Source: Bradymonadia bacterium (lineage in GTDB: Bacteria; Myxococcota_A; Bradymonadia; UBA7976; UBA1532). From it: a stretch of 53,935 nucleotides of DNA. The DNA lies in contig JBKAGE010000009.1 in the NCBI GenBank assembly GCA_046290225.1, positions 1 through 53,935 on the forward strand. Reading direction: 5' to 3'. The notes below the pieces were generated by a model. It saw nothing but the letters and a program-made list of their open reading frames with translations. It searched no databases and was not told where the DNA came from. The translations under genes were made by a program, and so were the position numbers. Positions 12,113 through 22,601 of the stretch are shown one piece after another. Numbering within the stretch: the first letter of the stretch is position 1; the number at the start of each line of letters is the position of its first letter.

Positions 12113-12937
12113 ATGAAGACTCGCTTTTTGCCGATCATGGCCCTCTTCTGTGCTTCCTCTGCTGCCGCCGGTGGCTGGACTCAGCCCGCCGGTGACGCCT
12201 ACCTGAAGGTCTGGCACCGCAGCCTCGTGGGCAACGCCGCGTACACAGCCGATGGTGAGGTGCTCGATCTGTCGGAGACCTACATCGACCAGCTCACCCA
12301 GTTCTATGGCGAGGTGGGCCTCACCGATCAGCTGACCCTCGTGTTCCAGGGGGCGCCGGTGGGCTACGCCGCGTACGGCGACGAGAGCACCACCTATGTG
12401 GGGGCGACGGGGGCCGGCCTGCGAAGTGGCATCGCCGTCGGCAAGCTCCGTCTCGCCGTGGAGGGCCGCTACAGCTACGCCCCCGACGTGGGAGAAGATG
12501 TGCTCGCTGCAGAGCTGGTCGATGATGTGGCCATCACCTACGTGCCCACAGTGGAGACCCACGCGATCCAAGGGGATCTCCAAGCAGGGTACCCGCTCTC
12601 CTTTGGCTGGGTGACAGGGAACGTGGGGTACCGCTGGCACAGCCGCGAGGGCCTCGACGCGGCCATCGTGGGCTTCGCTCAGCTGGGCTGGCAGGCGTCG
12701 AAGACGGTTCAAGCCGATGTGCACTTCAACCTCTGGGAGCCTCTGGGCAGCGTCGAGGTGACCAACGTGGCCGGCGCGGGGCAGACCCGCTACCTGGGCC
12801 TGGGTTTCGGCGGCAGCTGGTGGCTCAACGAGGGTTTTGCGCTCAACGCGGGGCTCGAGGGGGTGGTGTACGCGGAGAGCAACGCGGCGACCCCGACGCT
12901 TACGTTGGGCGTCGAACATCGCGGCAGCTGGTGGTGA
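12113..12937 (+). CDS. Secreted hypothetical protein, probable outer-membrane beta-barrel
   Basis: Signal peptide followed by GGWTQP; alternating amphipathic strands; aromatic C-terminus. Confidence 0.6.
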   Translation: MKTRFLPIMALFCASSAAAGGWTQPAGDAYLKVWHRSLVGNAAYTADGEVLDLSETYIDQLTQFYGEVGLTDQLTLVFQGAPVGYAAYGDESTTYVGATGAGLRSGIAVGKLRLAVEGRYSYAPDVGEDVLAAELVDDVAITYVPTVETHAIQGDLQAGYPLSFGWVTGNVGYRWHSREGLDAAIVGFAQLGWQASKTVQADVHFNLWEPLGSVEVTNVAGAGQTRYLGLGFGGSWWLNEGFALNAGLEGVVYAESNAATPTLTLGVEHRGSWW

Positions 12938-12984
12938 GTCACTGCTCGTGGAGCAGCCGTGGTGCTGAGCTGAATTGGGCTTAA

Positions 12985-13501
12985 GCGTAGGTGATGGCTG
13001 GGCCCTTGTAGGCAGTCATCGCTTCGCTCTGACTGCGTAGGCAGCTCTGTCGGCCGGCCTTCGGCCCGCCTTGGAGCTGCGTACACGTCGGCACACTCGC
13101 TGGCGCGAGCAGGCCTCCGGGTAGGCAGGGTCGCTCAATGCTGACGCATTGATTGCTCGCTCCCCTGCGTAAAAAGTCAGTTCTGGTGTGACTTTGCACT
13201 GATTCCGGCGCTGCTGGGGCTTTCGCCGAGCATTCACACTCAGAGGCTTGCAGGTTCGCGGTAGGTCGAATCCCGGCGGGGTTCAGCAACGAGATACAGA
13301 AGAAGCTCTTTACGCAGGGGAGCGAGCGAAAAGGGCGAAGCCCTGAGCGACCCTGCCTACCCGGAGGGGTGTCCGCGCAAGCGGATGCCCGAACGTGTAC
13401 GCGCCAGACGAGGTTGCCCGAAGGGCGACCGAAGGCCGGGCGCCTACGCAGGCAGAGCGCAGCGATGACTGCCTACAAAGGCTCAGCCACCGCTTGCATC
13501 A
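12985..13501. repeat. Palindromic intergenic element, family A copy 1 (REP/REPIN-like)
   Basis: Nested inverted repeats, e.g. perfect 24 bp 13114-13137/13344-13367 and 19 bp 13155-13173/13309-13327, around a ~135 bp core; inverted homolog at 29617-30136. Confidence 0.92.
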
Positions 13502-13589
13502 TTGACCATCCAAGCTTTCCAGCCCTTGCGCACAGATTCTTTTGTGTGCAAACGATCTGACCTCCAATCGTCACCACGAAACGAGGTCC

Positions 13590-15026
13590 ATGGGCACCAT
13601 CGCCGCCAGCTTCATCGCGTGTCTGCTCGTCTTCACTCTCATCGGGGTGATGTCGTCCAAGGCTAAACAGACCACCACCGAAGACTACCTCGTCGCCAGC
13701 CGGAACATCCCACCGTGGCTTGTGGCGCTCTCAGCTGTATCGACCAACAACAGCGGATACATGTTCGTGGGCCTCATCGGCTTCACCTATGCCTATGGGT
13801 TGTCGTCCATCTGGCTCTCACTCGGGTGGCTCGTCGGTGACTTCCTGGCGTGGTTCGTCGTGCACAAGCCCTTGAGAGAGTCTTCAGGCACTGCCAACGT
13901 CAGCAGCATCCCCGGGTTCCTCGCCCACGATCGACAGCAGGGCAACTCCCGGCTCATCGCCGTGATCGCCGGGTTGATGACGCTGGCCTTCCTCAGCGTC
14001 TACGCCGCCGCGCAGCTCAAGGCCGGCAGCAAGGCCCTGCACGTTATGTTCGGGTGGGAAGAGAGCCTCGGCGCCATCATCGGCGCCGTGCTCGTCGTGG
14101 TTTATTGCTTCTCCGGTGGCATCCGCGCCTCCATCTGGACCGACGCCGCCCAGTCCATGGTCATGATCGGCGCCATGTTGATGCTCGTCGTCGTCGTGGC
14201 CATGGAGTTCGGTGGACCTGATGAGTTGTTGGCGCAGCTCGAAGCCATCGATCCCCAGCTCGTCACCCTCACACCCCCCGATGCCGAGTGGGGCCTCGCC
14301 GTCTACATCCTCGGGTGGCTCGCCGCGGGCATTGCCGTCGTGGGGCAGCCTCACATCATGATCCGCACCATGACCCTCGATGATCCGGCCAAGATGGGCC
14401 GTACGCGGAACATCTACTTCGCCTGGTACTTGCCCTTCACGATCCTCGCCATCCTCGCAGGCCTCTACAGCCGTGTGTTCTTCGAGGATGGGGGCATCAC
14501 CTCATCCTTCGACGCCGAGCTGGCTTTGCCCACCATGGCCATGGGGTTGCTGCCCGAGGTCCTTGTGGGCTTGATCCTCGCCGCCCTCTTCGCCGCCACC
14601 ATGTCCACCGCCGACTCCCAGTTGCTCTCGTGCTCCGCAGCGATCACCCAGGACGTTGCTCCCACGCTCAACCGCAGCTATTTCGCTTCGAAGATGGCCA
14701 CCATCGGGGTCACTCTGCTGGCCCTCGCCGTGGCCCTGTTCGGATCAGGCAATGTGTTCACCCTCGTGGTGCTGGCGTGGTCCAGCCTTGGGGCAGGGCT
14801 CGGGCCGTTGATGTTCGTCAGGGCCAAGGGCAGATCTGTGTCGCCGGCCCTCGGCGGGACCATGATCGTGGCCGGAGTTGCCACGGTGCTGGTCTGGAAG
14901 TACGTGCTGGAGTGGGGCGGCGGCCTTTACGAGGTCCTGCCGGGCATGCTGGCGGGTTTCCTGATTTACGCAGTGGGCAGCGCGATGTCGCCTCAGCCGG
15001 TCAAAACGGCTTCTTCTCGAGCCTGA
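13590..15026 (+). CDS. Sodium:solute symporter (PutP-like)
   Basis: DYLVASR, SAVSTNNSGYMFVG, GGIRASIWTD, GQPHI and AATMSTADSQLL motifs; many TM helices. Confidence 0.92.
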   Translation: MGTIAASFIACLLVFTLIGVMSSKAKQTTTEDYLVASRNIPPWLVALSAVSTNNSGYMFVGLIGFTYAYGLSSIWLSLGWLVGDFLAWFVVHKPLRESSGTANVSSIPGFLAHDRQQGNSRLIAVIAGLMTLAFLSVYAAAQLKAGSKALHVMFGWEESLGAIIGAVLVVVYCFSGGIRASIWTDAAQSMVMIGAMLMLVVVVAMEFGGPDELLAQLEAIDPQLVTLTPPDAEWGLAVYILGWLAAGIAVVGQPHIMIRTMTLDDPAKMGRTRNIYFAWYLPFTILAILAGLYSRVFFEDGGITSSFDAELALPTMAMGLLPEVLVGLILAALFAATMSTADSQLLSCSAAITQDVAPTLNRSYFASKMATIGVTLLALAVALFGSGNVFTLVVLAWSSLGAGLGPLMFVRAKGRSVSPALGGTMIVAGVATVLVWKYVLEWGGGLYEVLPGMLAGFLIYAVGSAMSPQPVKTASSRA

Positions 15027-15070
15027 GCTTTCCCTTGAGGGGGGGCGACCGGCTTCGCTACCGTGCGCCC

Positions 15071-15583
15071 ATGCGGTTGCACATCCTCACCTTGATCGCC
15101 CTGCTCGCGGGCTGCGCCGAAGACAAGCTGCCCCCGAGCCCCATCGGCCGACAAATCGCCCGTGGAGAGCAGGGCCTCGTCACCTCGGTGCAAGATGGCG
15201 ACACCTTCCGCGTGACCCTCGAAGACGACATCTCCGTCTCGGTGCGTGTGCTCGGAGTGGACTGCCCGGAGAGCAGCTTCAACGCCAAGTGCGAGCGTGA
15301 CGGCGCCGAGGGCCGGCGACCCTGTGAGGAGCAGATCCCCCTCGGTCAACGGGCCACCGTGCGGGCCCGAGCGCTGCTCAACGGACAACAAATCACCCTC
15401 GAGCCCGGCGAGAACGGCTTCGAGTGGGACACCTTCGGGCGTCTCCTGGCCTATGTACGCCTCCCCGACGACCAGGACTTCGGGTTGGTGATGTTGTCCG
15501 AGGGGCTGTGCAGTGACTTCAGCTGGCGTTATCCACATCCCCGCCAGGGGCCCTATCGCGAGGCTGACACCCTCGGCCCTTGA
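15071..15583 (+). CDS. Thermonuclease (SNase-like) lipoprotein
   Basis: Lipobox LLAGC; VQDGDTF, VRVLGVDCPE and DTFGRLLAYV motifs. Confidence 0.9.
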   Translation: MRLHILTLIALLAGCAEDKLPPSPIGRQIARGEQGLVTSVQDGDTFRVTLEDDISVSVRVLGVDCPESSFNAKCERDGAEGRRPCEEQIPLGQRATVRARALLNGQQITLEPGENGFEWDTFGRLLAYVRLPDDQDFGLVMLSEGLCSDFSWRYPHPRQGPYREADTLGP

Positions 15584-15616
15584 GCAGGCCGCCGATCCCG
15601 CTCTACTCTCCCCGCC

Positions 15617-16159
15617 ATGAAGACGATCTCGATCATGTGTGCGCTGCTGGCCCTCTGGGGCTGTGACGATGGCGGCGATGAGTCGTCCCCCGGTGGTGCT
15701 GGTGGGATGGGTGGTGTTGCCGGTGGTGGTTCGGGTGGCGGTGGCTCTGGCGGCACCTCGATGATGCCCGACGCGGCCATGGGCTCCATCGAGCTGGGTA
15801 CGGGCTTCCGGAGCTTCGAGTCTCTGGAAGACGGCCAGGAGGTGCCCATCATCGCAGGCATCCAAGGGGGCTTTCACATCTGGGGGGCCATTCGGGGTGA
15901 GCACTTCGATGGCTCTGAAGTGCGGATGCTCTTCGAGCTGGTGCAGGACGGCGAGGTGGTGGGCGGCGCCAACTACATCGACTTCATCACCCCCGACGAT
16001 GATGGGATCTACGAATATCCTGCCGTGGCCGTGGTCTTCGACGAGGCCAACCCCAACCTCTACGAGGACAAGCCCACCTTGATGCGGGTGCAGCTGACCG
16101 ACGCTGAGGGGCAGGTGCTCACCGACGAGATCACCCTCGACCCGTTCTGCTGTGAATAG
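15617..16159 (+). CDS. Hypothetical lipoprotein with Gly-rich linker
   Basis: ALWGC lipobox, Gly-rich spacer, acidic globular domain. Confidence 0.75.
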   Translation: MKTISIMCALLALWGCDDGGDESSPGGAGGMGGVAGGGSGGGGSGGTSMMPDAAMGSIELGTGFRSFESLEDGQEVPIIAGIQGGFHIWGAIRGEHFDGSEVRMLFELVQDGEVVGGANYIDFITPDDDGIYEYPAVAVVFDEANPNLYEDKPTLMRVQLTDAEGQVLTDEITLDPFCCE

Positions 16160-16187
16160 ACTCTGAGCTGTGAAACGTAGAAGGGGG

Positions 16188-16584
16188 GCGGACGGCCGTG
16201 CTTGGGCACCGCCTGTAGCGGACGACCGCGCTGCGCGCCGTCTGTAGCGGACGCCTGCTGCGGCTTCGCCTTGCAGAGCTGTAGCGGACGCCGAGTCTGC
16301 CTTCGGCAGCCTGAGCTGTAGCTTTCTAAGAGACTTTTGGTGTGCCTGGTGGGTTTCTCAACCCAGGTAGGGGCTTACGCCGGAACTGGTGTGTCAGGGG
16401 CCAACAGCATTGGCGGTAGATGAACCCACACACGCCCCCCTCAACTGATCTTCAAAAAAGCTACAGGGAATTTGCCGTAGGCAAATGAGCGTCCGCTACA
16501 GCTTTCGCCGAAGGCGAGGCGTCCGCTACAGGCGCAGCGCAGCTGGGCCGTCCGCTACAGGCGGCCCGAAGGGCGGCCGTCCGC
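16188..16584. repeat. Palindromic intergenic element, family B copy 1 (CTGTAGCGGACG arrays)
   Basis: CTGTAGCGGACG at 16213, 16242, 16279 (plus partials); inverse CGTCCGCTACAG at 16490, 16520, 16549; hairpin spacers; ~135 bp core; second copy at 36813-37206. Confidence 0.93.
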
Positions 16585-16666
16585 TCACACTGCGTGGCAT
16601 GTGTGGCACACCTCCTGCTCTCCGAGCGCGGGCCTGACAACAGGCCAGATGTGGATCGGAGTCCCC

Positions 16667-17470
16667 ATGTTCAAGTTGTTGATCGCGTGTTGCGCCCTCT
16701 CTCTCTGGGCCAGCAGCGCTTCCGCTCAAAGCCGTGTCGATTGCTTTGCTGTGCTCAAAACCCCCGGTGACCAGCTCATCTTGAGCGACGAAGAGGCCTG
16801 TAACCGGGCCACCATGCCTTACTCCACCTTCAAAGTGCCCCTGGCCCTCATGGCCATGCAGGCCGGGGTGGTGAAATCCATCGAAGACGAGATCGAGTGG
16901 GATCCGAAACAAGATCCGGCGCGGGGATGGTGGCCTGACAGCTGGCGTGGATCCCAGAACCTGAGGGCGGCGCTGCACAGCTCCTCGGCGCCCTACTTTC
17001 GCACGCTGGCGCGATCCATGGGCCTTGTGCCCATTGCCAGAGCATTGAAGCTGTTTCGATATGGCAATCGACAGCTCGACCCCACCATCTTCCCTGGTCG
17101 TGTGTGGGTAAAGGGGCCCCTGGCCATCTCGCCTGTGGAGCAGCTCGACTTCCTCAAGCGGGTGCACACGCGTACCCTGCACGGCGTCGACGACGCGCAC
17201 ATCGAGCAGCTCGAGGCCGCCTGGGTCGACACCGCGCCGGGGCTGGAGCTGTTCGCCAAGAGCGGCACAGGGGCCCTCGGCGACGAGATGGTGGGGTGGT
17301 ATGTGGGCTACACCGTACACAATGACGAGACCCACTACTTCGCGTTGCGCCTCGTGGGGCCTGATGTGAAGTCCGTCACGGGATGGCATCGGCGATCAGA
17401 GGCCCGGCGGCTGCTCGTGAAGCACAGTGCATGGCCTGCAGAGGTCAAACTCGACGATCTGTCACAGTGA
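16667..17470 (+). CDS. Class D beta-lactamase-like / penicillin-binding transpeptidase domain protein
   Basis: PYSTFK (SxxK), YGN, WVKGPLAISPVEQ, KSGT and GWYVG motifs; signal peptide. Confidence 0.88.
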   Translation: MFKLLIACCALSLWASSASAQSRVDCFAVLKTPGDQLILSDEEACNRATMPYSTFKVPLALMAMQAGVVKSIEDEIEWDPKQDPARGWWPDSWRGSQNLRAALHSSSAPYFRTLARSMGLVPIARALKLFRYGNRQLDPTIFPGRVWVKGPLAISPVEQLDFLKRVHTRTLHGVDDAHIEQLEAAWVDTAPGLELFAKSGTGALGDEMVGWYVGYTVHNDETHYFALRLVGPDVKSVTGWHRRSEARRLLVKHSAWPAEVKLDDLSQ

Positions 17471-20095
17471 CCAGATGGGCCCCTCGGCGCCCTCGCGCTC
17501 TGTGAGCGAGACCATCGACGAGATCGTGCGGGCCGTGGCTTCATCGGTGAGGATCTCACCGGGGCGCGCCTGGTTGCGCAGCTGCGAGGCGCGGTAGACC
17601 ACGGTGCCCACCGCTGTGTAGTTCATCCGCTCTTCAGTGCCTACATTCCCCACCACCGCGGGCCCCGTGGCCACCCCCACCCCGATGTGCATGCGGGGCC
17701 ATTGAGGGTGCTCTGTGTTGAGGCGATCGATGGCCTGCACCATCGACTGCGCCGCCTGCACCGCCGACCATGGATCATCCTCGTGGGCGAAGGGTGTGCC
17801 GAAGAGAGCCATCACTGTCTCTTTGATCAGGGCGTCCACCATGCCACGGTGGGCCGTCACCGCCGCCACCACCGCCTCGTAGTATGCGTTGAGCCAAGCA
17901 ACGACTTGCTCTGGCTCGCCGAGGGCTTCGAGATCTGGGTGGCTGCCCGGGCCCTCTTCGCCGGTGAGGGCGATGAAGGCCACAGTCACCTTACGACTCT
18001 GGCCGCTCAGGGTCACCGCCTGGCGGGTGAGCAGCAGATCCTCCACCACCTCCGGGCCCACATAGCGGCGGAAGCTGTCCACCAGCAGCTCGCGCTCCGT
18101 GATGTCGTCCGCCAGGATCATCACCCCACGGATCATCCCCTCGGCGTCGCGGTAGAGACCCCCTCGGGCCATCACCGCCCGGAGGCGCCCCTGGGCTGAG
18201 CGCAGCGACACCTTCGTCGGGGCCAGGCGGCCGCGGCTCTGCACTTGTCGGATCAGCTCCGAGATCTCCACCCCCTTGATGAGGCGCAGGGCGTCGAGCA
18301 CGTGGCGGCCCACCAGATCTGCAGAGTCCATGTCGAGCAGCGACGTGAGGGCAGGGTTCACCGCCCGGATGATCCAGGTGCTGGCGTCGATGACCATCAA
18401 GCCCGTGTTGATGCTGCTCAACACGTTCTCGTAGAAGTCGCCCGACTCTGCAGGCACGCCGATGTCGGTGGCCTCGTCGGCGAATTGAGAGACGTCGAGG
18501 GCCGTCTGCTCGTCATCGACTGGCTGCCCGAGCTGCACCAGATCGAGGGTCTGACGGGGTTTGACCGGCATCGGCAAGGGCTCGGTGGGGCCGCTCGGGG
18601 TCGAGCCTGCTCCGGTGGCCCAGAATTGCTCGTAGCAACGGCAGATCACCCGGGCCATGTGCCAGAAGTGGGCCTCGAGCGTGGACCAGTGATCTTCCAG
18701 GCTGCGGCGCTCTTTTGCCATGAGGCCGCCGCGACCACCCTCTGCAGCCCAGCTGCGCAGCGCCGGGAACACACAGCTGAAGGCTCCCATGAGATCGTGC
18801 AGCTTCACCACGTGGCCCGTGGCCCGGAAGCGCGCCTCCATAAAGGCCGTCAGGGCGCTCTCGTCGGGCTCGGGGTGCAACGCCCACAGCACGAGCTCCC
18901 GTGCGTTTCGGCGGGAGAAGGCCTTTGGATTCTGACGCCAGGCCAGCATCTGGCGCTGCACCGTCTCGATGATCTCGTCGAGCAGCGTGTCAGCCCCTGA
19001 CCGCAGCAGATCGAAGGTCTCTTCTGCGCCTTTGCGGGCCCCGGCCCACATCGCTCCGAGCTCCTGGCGCATCGAGAGCGACTCCAGATCGCGGCGCATG
19101 GCCGCCACCTGGTCGTAGCGTTGGGCGGGATCTTTCGCGATGGCCCGATCGACGACCTGCTGCAGGCCCTCGATGACCGGCCCTGCACCCATCGATGCAG
19201 CGAGGGGTGGGGGGGAGTCTTGAATCTGCTTCAAGATCACTGAGATGGCGTGCTCACCGCCTACCGCCTGAAGGCCCGTGAGCATCTCGTAGAGCATCAG
19301 GCCCAGGGCGTAGATGTCGGCGCGGTGGTCCACCTCTACCCCACGGATCTGCTCCGGGCTCATGTAGTTCGGCGTACCGCTGAGGCTGCCGGTGAGGGTG
19401 ATGGGGGCCGAGTCGCGCTCGTGTCGTGCTCGGGCGATGCCGAAGTCCACCACCTTCACCAGCTCCGCGCCCTCGGGGGTCTGGATCAGCATCACATTGG
19501 CGGGCTTGAGATCGCGGTGCACCACACCGTGGCGGTGGGCCTCCTCGAGAGAGCGGGCGATCTGGCAGGTGAGGGCGATGGCCCGCTCTGGGCTCAGCGC
19601 GCGGGTCGTCGGATCTTGCATCACCTGCAACAGCGTGGGGCCCTCGATGAACTCCATGGCGATGAACAGCTCGCCGCCCTGGCCTTCGCCGAAGTCGTAG
19701 AGCGTCACGGTGTTCGGGTGCCTCAGGCGGCTGATGACCCGGGCCTCTCGGCGAAAGCGCGCCTTGGCCTGGATCGTGGCGTCGTTGACCTGTGAATGGG
19801 GCAGGTTCGGATCGGCGAGGACCTCGGCCCGGAGCAGCTTGATGGCCACGCGGCGGCCCACGGGCAGCTGGATCGCCTCGTAGATTGTCCCCACGCCCCC
19901 TGTGGCCACATGCCGTACCAGGGCGAAACGCTCCGCAAGCAGCCGTCCGATGTGTCGATCTCGTTGGTGCGCTTCGAGACCGTCGGCGTCGAGGTAGACG
20001 CCCTCACCGCAGTGAGCGCAGACCATGATCTCCTCGTCTGCGCGATGGTGATCGCACAGCGGGCAGCGCCAGGGGTCATGATTTAAGGCAGACAT
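17462..20095 (-). CDS. Ser/Thr protein kinase with N-terminal Zn ribbon, helical and PAS domains and a degenerate class III cyclase domain
   Basis: [25 protein letters not shown] and [12 protein letters not shown] '[13 protein letters not shown]...VNPA'; C-terminal '[15 protein letters not shown]'. Confidence 0.9.
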   Translation of the reverse strand: MSALNHDPWRCPLCDHHRADEEIMVCAHCGEGVYLDADGLEAHQRDRHIGRLLAERFALVRHVATGGVGTIYEAIQLPVGRRVAIKLLRAEVLADPNLPHSQVNDATIQAKARFRREARVISRLRHPNTVTLYDFGEGQGGELFIAMEFIEGPTLLQVMQDPTTRALSPERAIALTCQIARSLEEAHRHGVVHRDLKPANVMLIQTPEGAELVKVVDFGIARARHERDSAPITLTGSLSGTPNYMSPEQIRGVEVDHRADIYALGLMLYEMLTGLQAVGGEHAISVILKQIQDSPPPLAASMGAGPVIEGLQQVVDRAIAKDPAQRYDQVAAMRRDLESLSMRQELGAMWAGARKGAEETFDLLRSGADTLLDEIIETVQRQMLAWRQNPKAFSRRNARELVLWALHPEPDESALTAFMEARFRATGHVVKLHDLMGAFSCVFPALRSWAAEGGRGGLMAKERRSLEDHWSTLEAHFWHMARVICRCYEQFWATGAGSTPSGPTEPLPMPVKPRQTLDLVQLGQPVDDEQTALDVSQFADEATDIGVPAESGDFYENVLSSINTGLMVIDASTWIIRAVNPALTSLLDMDSADLVGRHVLDALRLIKGVEISELIRQVQSRGRLAPTKVSLRSAQGRLRAVMARGGLYRDAEGMIRGVMILADDITERELLVDSFRRYVGPEVVEDLLLTRQAVTLSGQSRKVTVAFIALTGEEGPGSHPDLEALGEPEQVVAWLNAYYEAVVAAVTAHRGMVDALIKETVMALFGTPFAHEDDPWSAVQAAQSMVQAIDRLNTEHPQWPRMHIGVGVATGPAVVGNVGTEERMNYTAVGTVVYRASQLRNQARPGEILTDEATARTISSMVSLTEREGAEGPIWSL

Positions 20096-20228
20096 TGCGC
20101 ACCAGCATACACAAGATGGTATCTGCGCACCCCCCAGATCAGCTAACGTGTTTCTGGCGAAGATTGCTGGGGATACAATCTTCCATCGGGCACATTTTTC
20201 GGGCTGGTTTCGAGATGCGGGAGAGGGC

Positions 20229-22601
20229 ATGTCGAAGGAGAGCACGACGCTCGCAGGGCGGATCGAAGAGATCGAACAATTACGTTCGATGCTGGCCGAG
20301 CAGGCGGGCACTGAGCGGATTGATTTGCTCCTCGAGTTGGCGCCGAGACTCAGAGAGTTACACCCGGAAGAGGCGCTGAGCTGCGCAGCGGAGGCTGTGC
20401 TCCATTGTGTCGAAGCCAGGCGTCACCTCGAGCTGGTGGAGGCCACCCGAGAGGCGGCCATTGCCGCTTTAATGCTGGGCCGACAGAACGAAGCCCTCGA
20501 CTGGATTAATCAGGGCCTCCCACGGGCGGGCATCGCGCAGGCCCACAACAAAGTCGTCTTGTTGCTCAACCTGCGGGGCATCGCCCTCGATCAGCAAGGC
20601 GCCCCTGTCGACGCCATCGAGTCCTATGTCGAGGCCCTCTCGTGGGCCAGCCGCCATTGCCCCACGATGGATCTCGGCCGCATTCACAACAACCTTGCCA
20701 TGTCGTACTGGCGCCTTGGTGAGAGCGAAGCTGCCCTCGAGCAGCACCAACGGGCGCTCACGTGTGCCGAGCATGCCGGTGACCGGCGGCGCATCGGCAT
20801 TTCATTGCTCAACATCGGGGTGCTGCAGCGCGACTGCGGCTCGCTCGATGCCGCCCTCGCCAGCCTCACCAGAGCCCTCATGAGTTTCGAACGGGTGGAG
20901 GCGCCGCGCTCTGTGGCGCGGTGCCTCTCAGCGCAGGGCCGCATCTTCGGCGCTTGGGGTGCGTGGCAGCGGGGCGCCAGCCTGTGTGAAGAAGCGGCAG
21001 CCCGATCAGTGTGGCTTGGTGACGTCGCCGGACAAATCGAGAGCCTCGCCGATCTCGGTCATGTGCTCGCCGAGGCTCAACCGTGGGCAGCAGTACAGCA
21101 TCTCAAGCATGCCCTCGATCTCGCCGAGGGCCGGTCCATGTGGGTCGAGGTCCGTGACATCTCGATCCACCTCGCCGAGGTGTATGCGGGCCTCGGCGTA
21201 TATGACGAGGCGTGGCGACTTCAGAAGCAGGTCACAGAGGTCTCCACCCGTTTGCTCGATCAGGAGAAGAACGAGCAAATCAGCAGGCTGAGGGCGCGAC
21301 ACGAGTTCGAGGTTGCCCGTCTCGAGCAGACCCGCCTGTTGCAGGACAACGCCGCCCTCGTAAAAGCCAACGGGGAGATCCAGGCTCAGGCCGACGCGCT
21401 TTCTCGCGCCCGAGACGCCGCCCTCGTCGCCGCACGGGCCAAGAGCGAATTCCTCGCGGTGATGAGTCATGAGATCAGGACCCCGCTCAATGGTGTCATC
21501 GGCATGGCGGAGTTGCTGCTCGGCACCCGTCTCGACACCGAGCAGCGGCAGTACGTGAACTTGCTCAAGGCCTCTGGAGACGGGCTGCGCCACACCCTCG
21601 ACAGCATCCTCGACTTCTCCCGGCTCGAACAGGGGGGCGTCACCCTCGAGTGCCGACGGTTCAACCCCGCCCGAACCCTCGCGGGCTGGCTGGAGACCCC
21701 ACGGCAGATGGCCCAGGAGCAGGGGCTCACCTGCACCCTCGACATCGCCCCCGACGTGCCCAAGGAGGTCGCGGGTGATGATCACCGGATCCGGCAGATC
21801 CTCGACAACCTGGTCTACAACGCCATCAAGTTCACCGAGTTCGGCCACATCATCGTGCACCTGAGCGCCAGCGAAGAGTCAGGCAAGACCCTCTTGAGCT
21901 ACGTTGTGCGCGACACCGGCGCCGGAATCCCCGCGCAGGCTCAGGGCACGCTCTTTGAGCCCTTCACTCAGGCCGACTCGAGTACGACTCGACGGTATGG
22001 CGGCAGCGGCCTCGGCCTCGCCATCGTCGGTCAGCTCACCGAGCTGATGGGCGGCTCGATCTCCGTGGAGAGTACGCTCGGTGAAGGCTCGACCTTCACG
22101 GTGACTCTGCCGCTCAAAGCAGCTGCTGTCGGCAGCCTCGAAGCTGAGGAGAGCCCTGCGCCACAGCTTAGCGGGCGCATTCTGCTCGCAGAGGACAACC
22201 CGGTGAATCAGACGGTGACGCGGCGACTTTTGGAGCGCGCCGGGCATACTGTGGTGGTGGTGGAGGATGGTCAGGCAGCGGTCGTCGCCGTCGAGCGCGA
22301 CCACTATGATCTGGTCTTGATGGACTGTCAGATGCCGGTGATGGATGGCTATGAAGCCACACGGACCATCCGTGCCCTGCCAGGGCCGGTGGCCTCCATC
22401 CCCATCGTTGCGCTCACCGCCAATGGTCTCGATGGCGAGCGTCAGCGGTGCTTCGACGCAGGCATGAACGACTATTTGAGCAAGCCGGTGAACCCCAAGC
22501 GGCTCATCAAGCGCATCAGCCGATGGCTGCCTGATCTCGTTGCGCCCGCATCAGTTGGCGCAGGCGTCGAGGGGCCCGGCGGGGTCGACTGGCGGCAGTG
22601 A
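20229..22601 (+). CDS. TPR-containing hybrid sensor histidine kinase/response regulator
   Basis: TPR repeats; [16 protein letters not shown]-box; N, G1, F and G2 boxes; receiver LLAEDN...[11 protein letters not shown]...SKP. Confidence 0.95.
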   Translation: MSKESTTLAGRIEEIEQLRSMLAEQAGTERIDLLLELAPRLRELHPEEALSCAAEAVLHCVEARRHLELVEATREAAIAALMLGRQNEALDWINQGLPRAGIAQAHNKVVLLLNLRGIALDQQGAPVDAIESYVEALSWASRHCPTMDLGRIHNNLAMSYWRLGESEAALEQHQRALTCAEHAGDRRRIGISLLNIGVLQRDCGSLDAALASLTRALMSFERVEAPRSVARCLSAQGRIFGAWGAWQRGASLCEEAAARSVWLGDVAGQIESLADLGHVLAEAQPWAAVQHLKHALDLAEGRSMWVEVRDISIHLAEVYAGLGVYDEAWRLQKQVTEVSTRLLDQEKNEQISRLRARHEFEVARLEQTRLLQDNAALVKANGEIQAQADALSRARDAALVAARAKSEFLAVMSHEIRTPLNGVIGMAELLLGTRLDTEQRQYVNLLKASGDGLRHTLDSILDFSRLEQGGVTLECRRFNPARTLAGWLETPRQMAQEQGLTCTLDIAPDVPKEVAGDDHRIRQILDNLVYNAIKFTEFGHIIVHLSASEESGKTLLSYVVRDTGAGIPAQAQGTLFEPFTQADSSTTRRYGGSGLGLAIVGQLTELMGGSISVESTLGEGSTFTVTLPLKAAAVGSLEAEESPAPQLSGRILLAEDNPVNQTVTRRLLERAGHTVVVVEDGQAAVVAVERDHYDLVLMDCQMPVMDGYEATRTIRALPGPVASIPIVALTANGLDGERQRCFDAGMNDYLSKPVNPKRLIKRISRWLPDLVAPASVGAGVEGPGGVDWRQ

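Noticed and set aside
13241..13290. tRNA-like segment (GGTCGAATCCC) in the family A core
   Set aside because: No cloverleaf, D-arm or matching acceptor stem could be built, and the segment is not conserved in family B cores
12981..13560. Short ORFs over family A elements (12981-13289, 13369-13560, 29583-29885, 29826-30149) that resemble each other
   Set aside because: The similarity follows from the DNA repeat; frames and starts are not conserved between copies and there is no recognisable protein motif
16213..16560. CTGTAGCGG...CCGCTACA recalls the stem of the f1/M13 packaging hairpin
   Set aside because: Only an 8-9 bp match from memory, with no inovirus genes nearby; insufficient evidence
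16188..16584. CRISPR array interpretation of family B repeats
   Set aside because: Repeats are only 12 bp, spacers are short palindromes, the array is mirrored in inverted orientation, and there are no cas genes in the window
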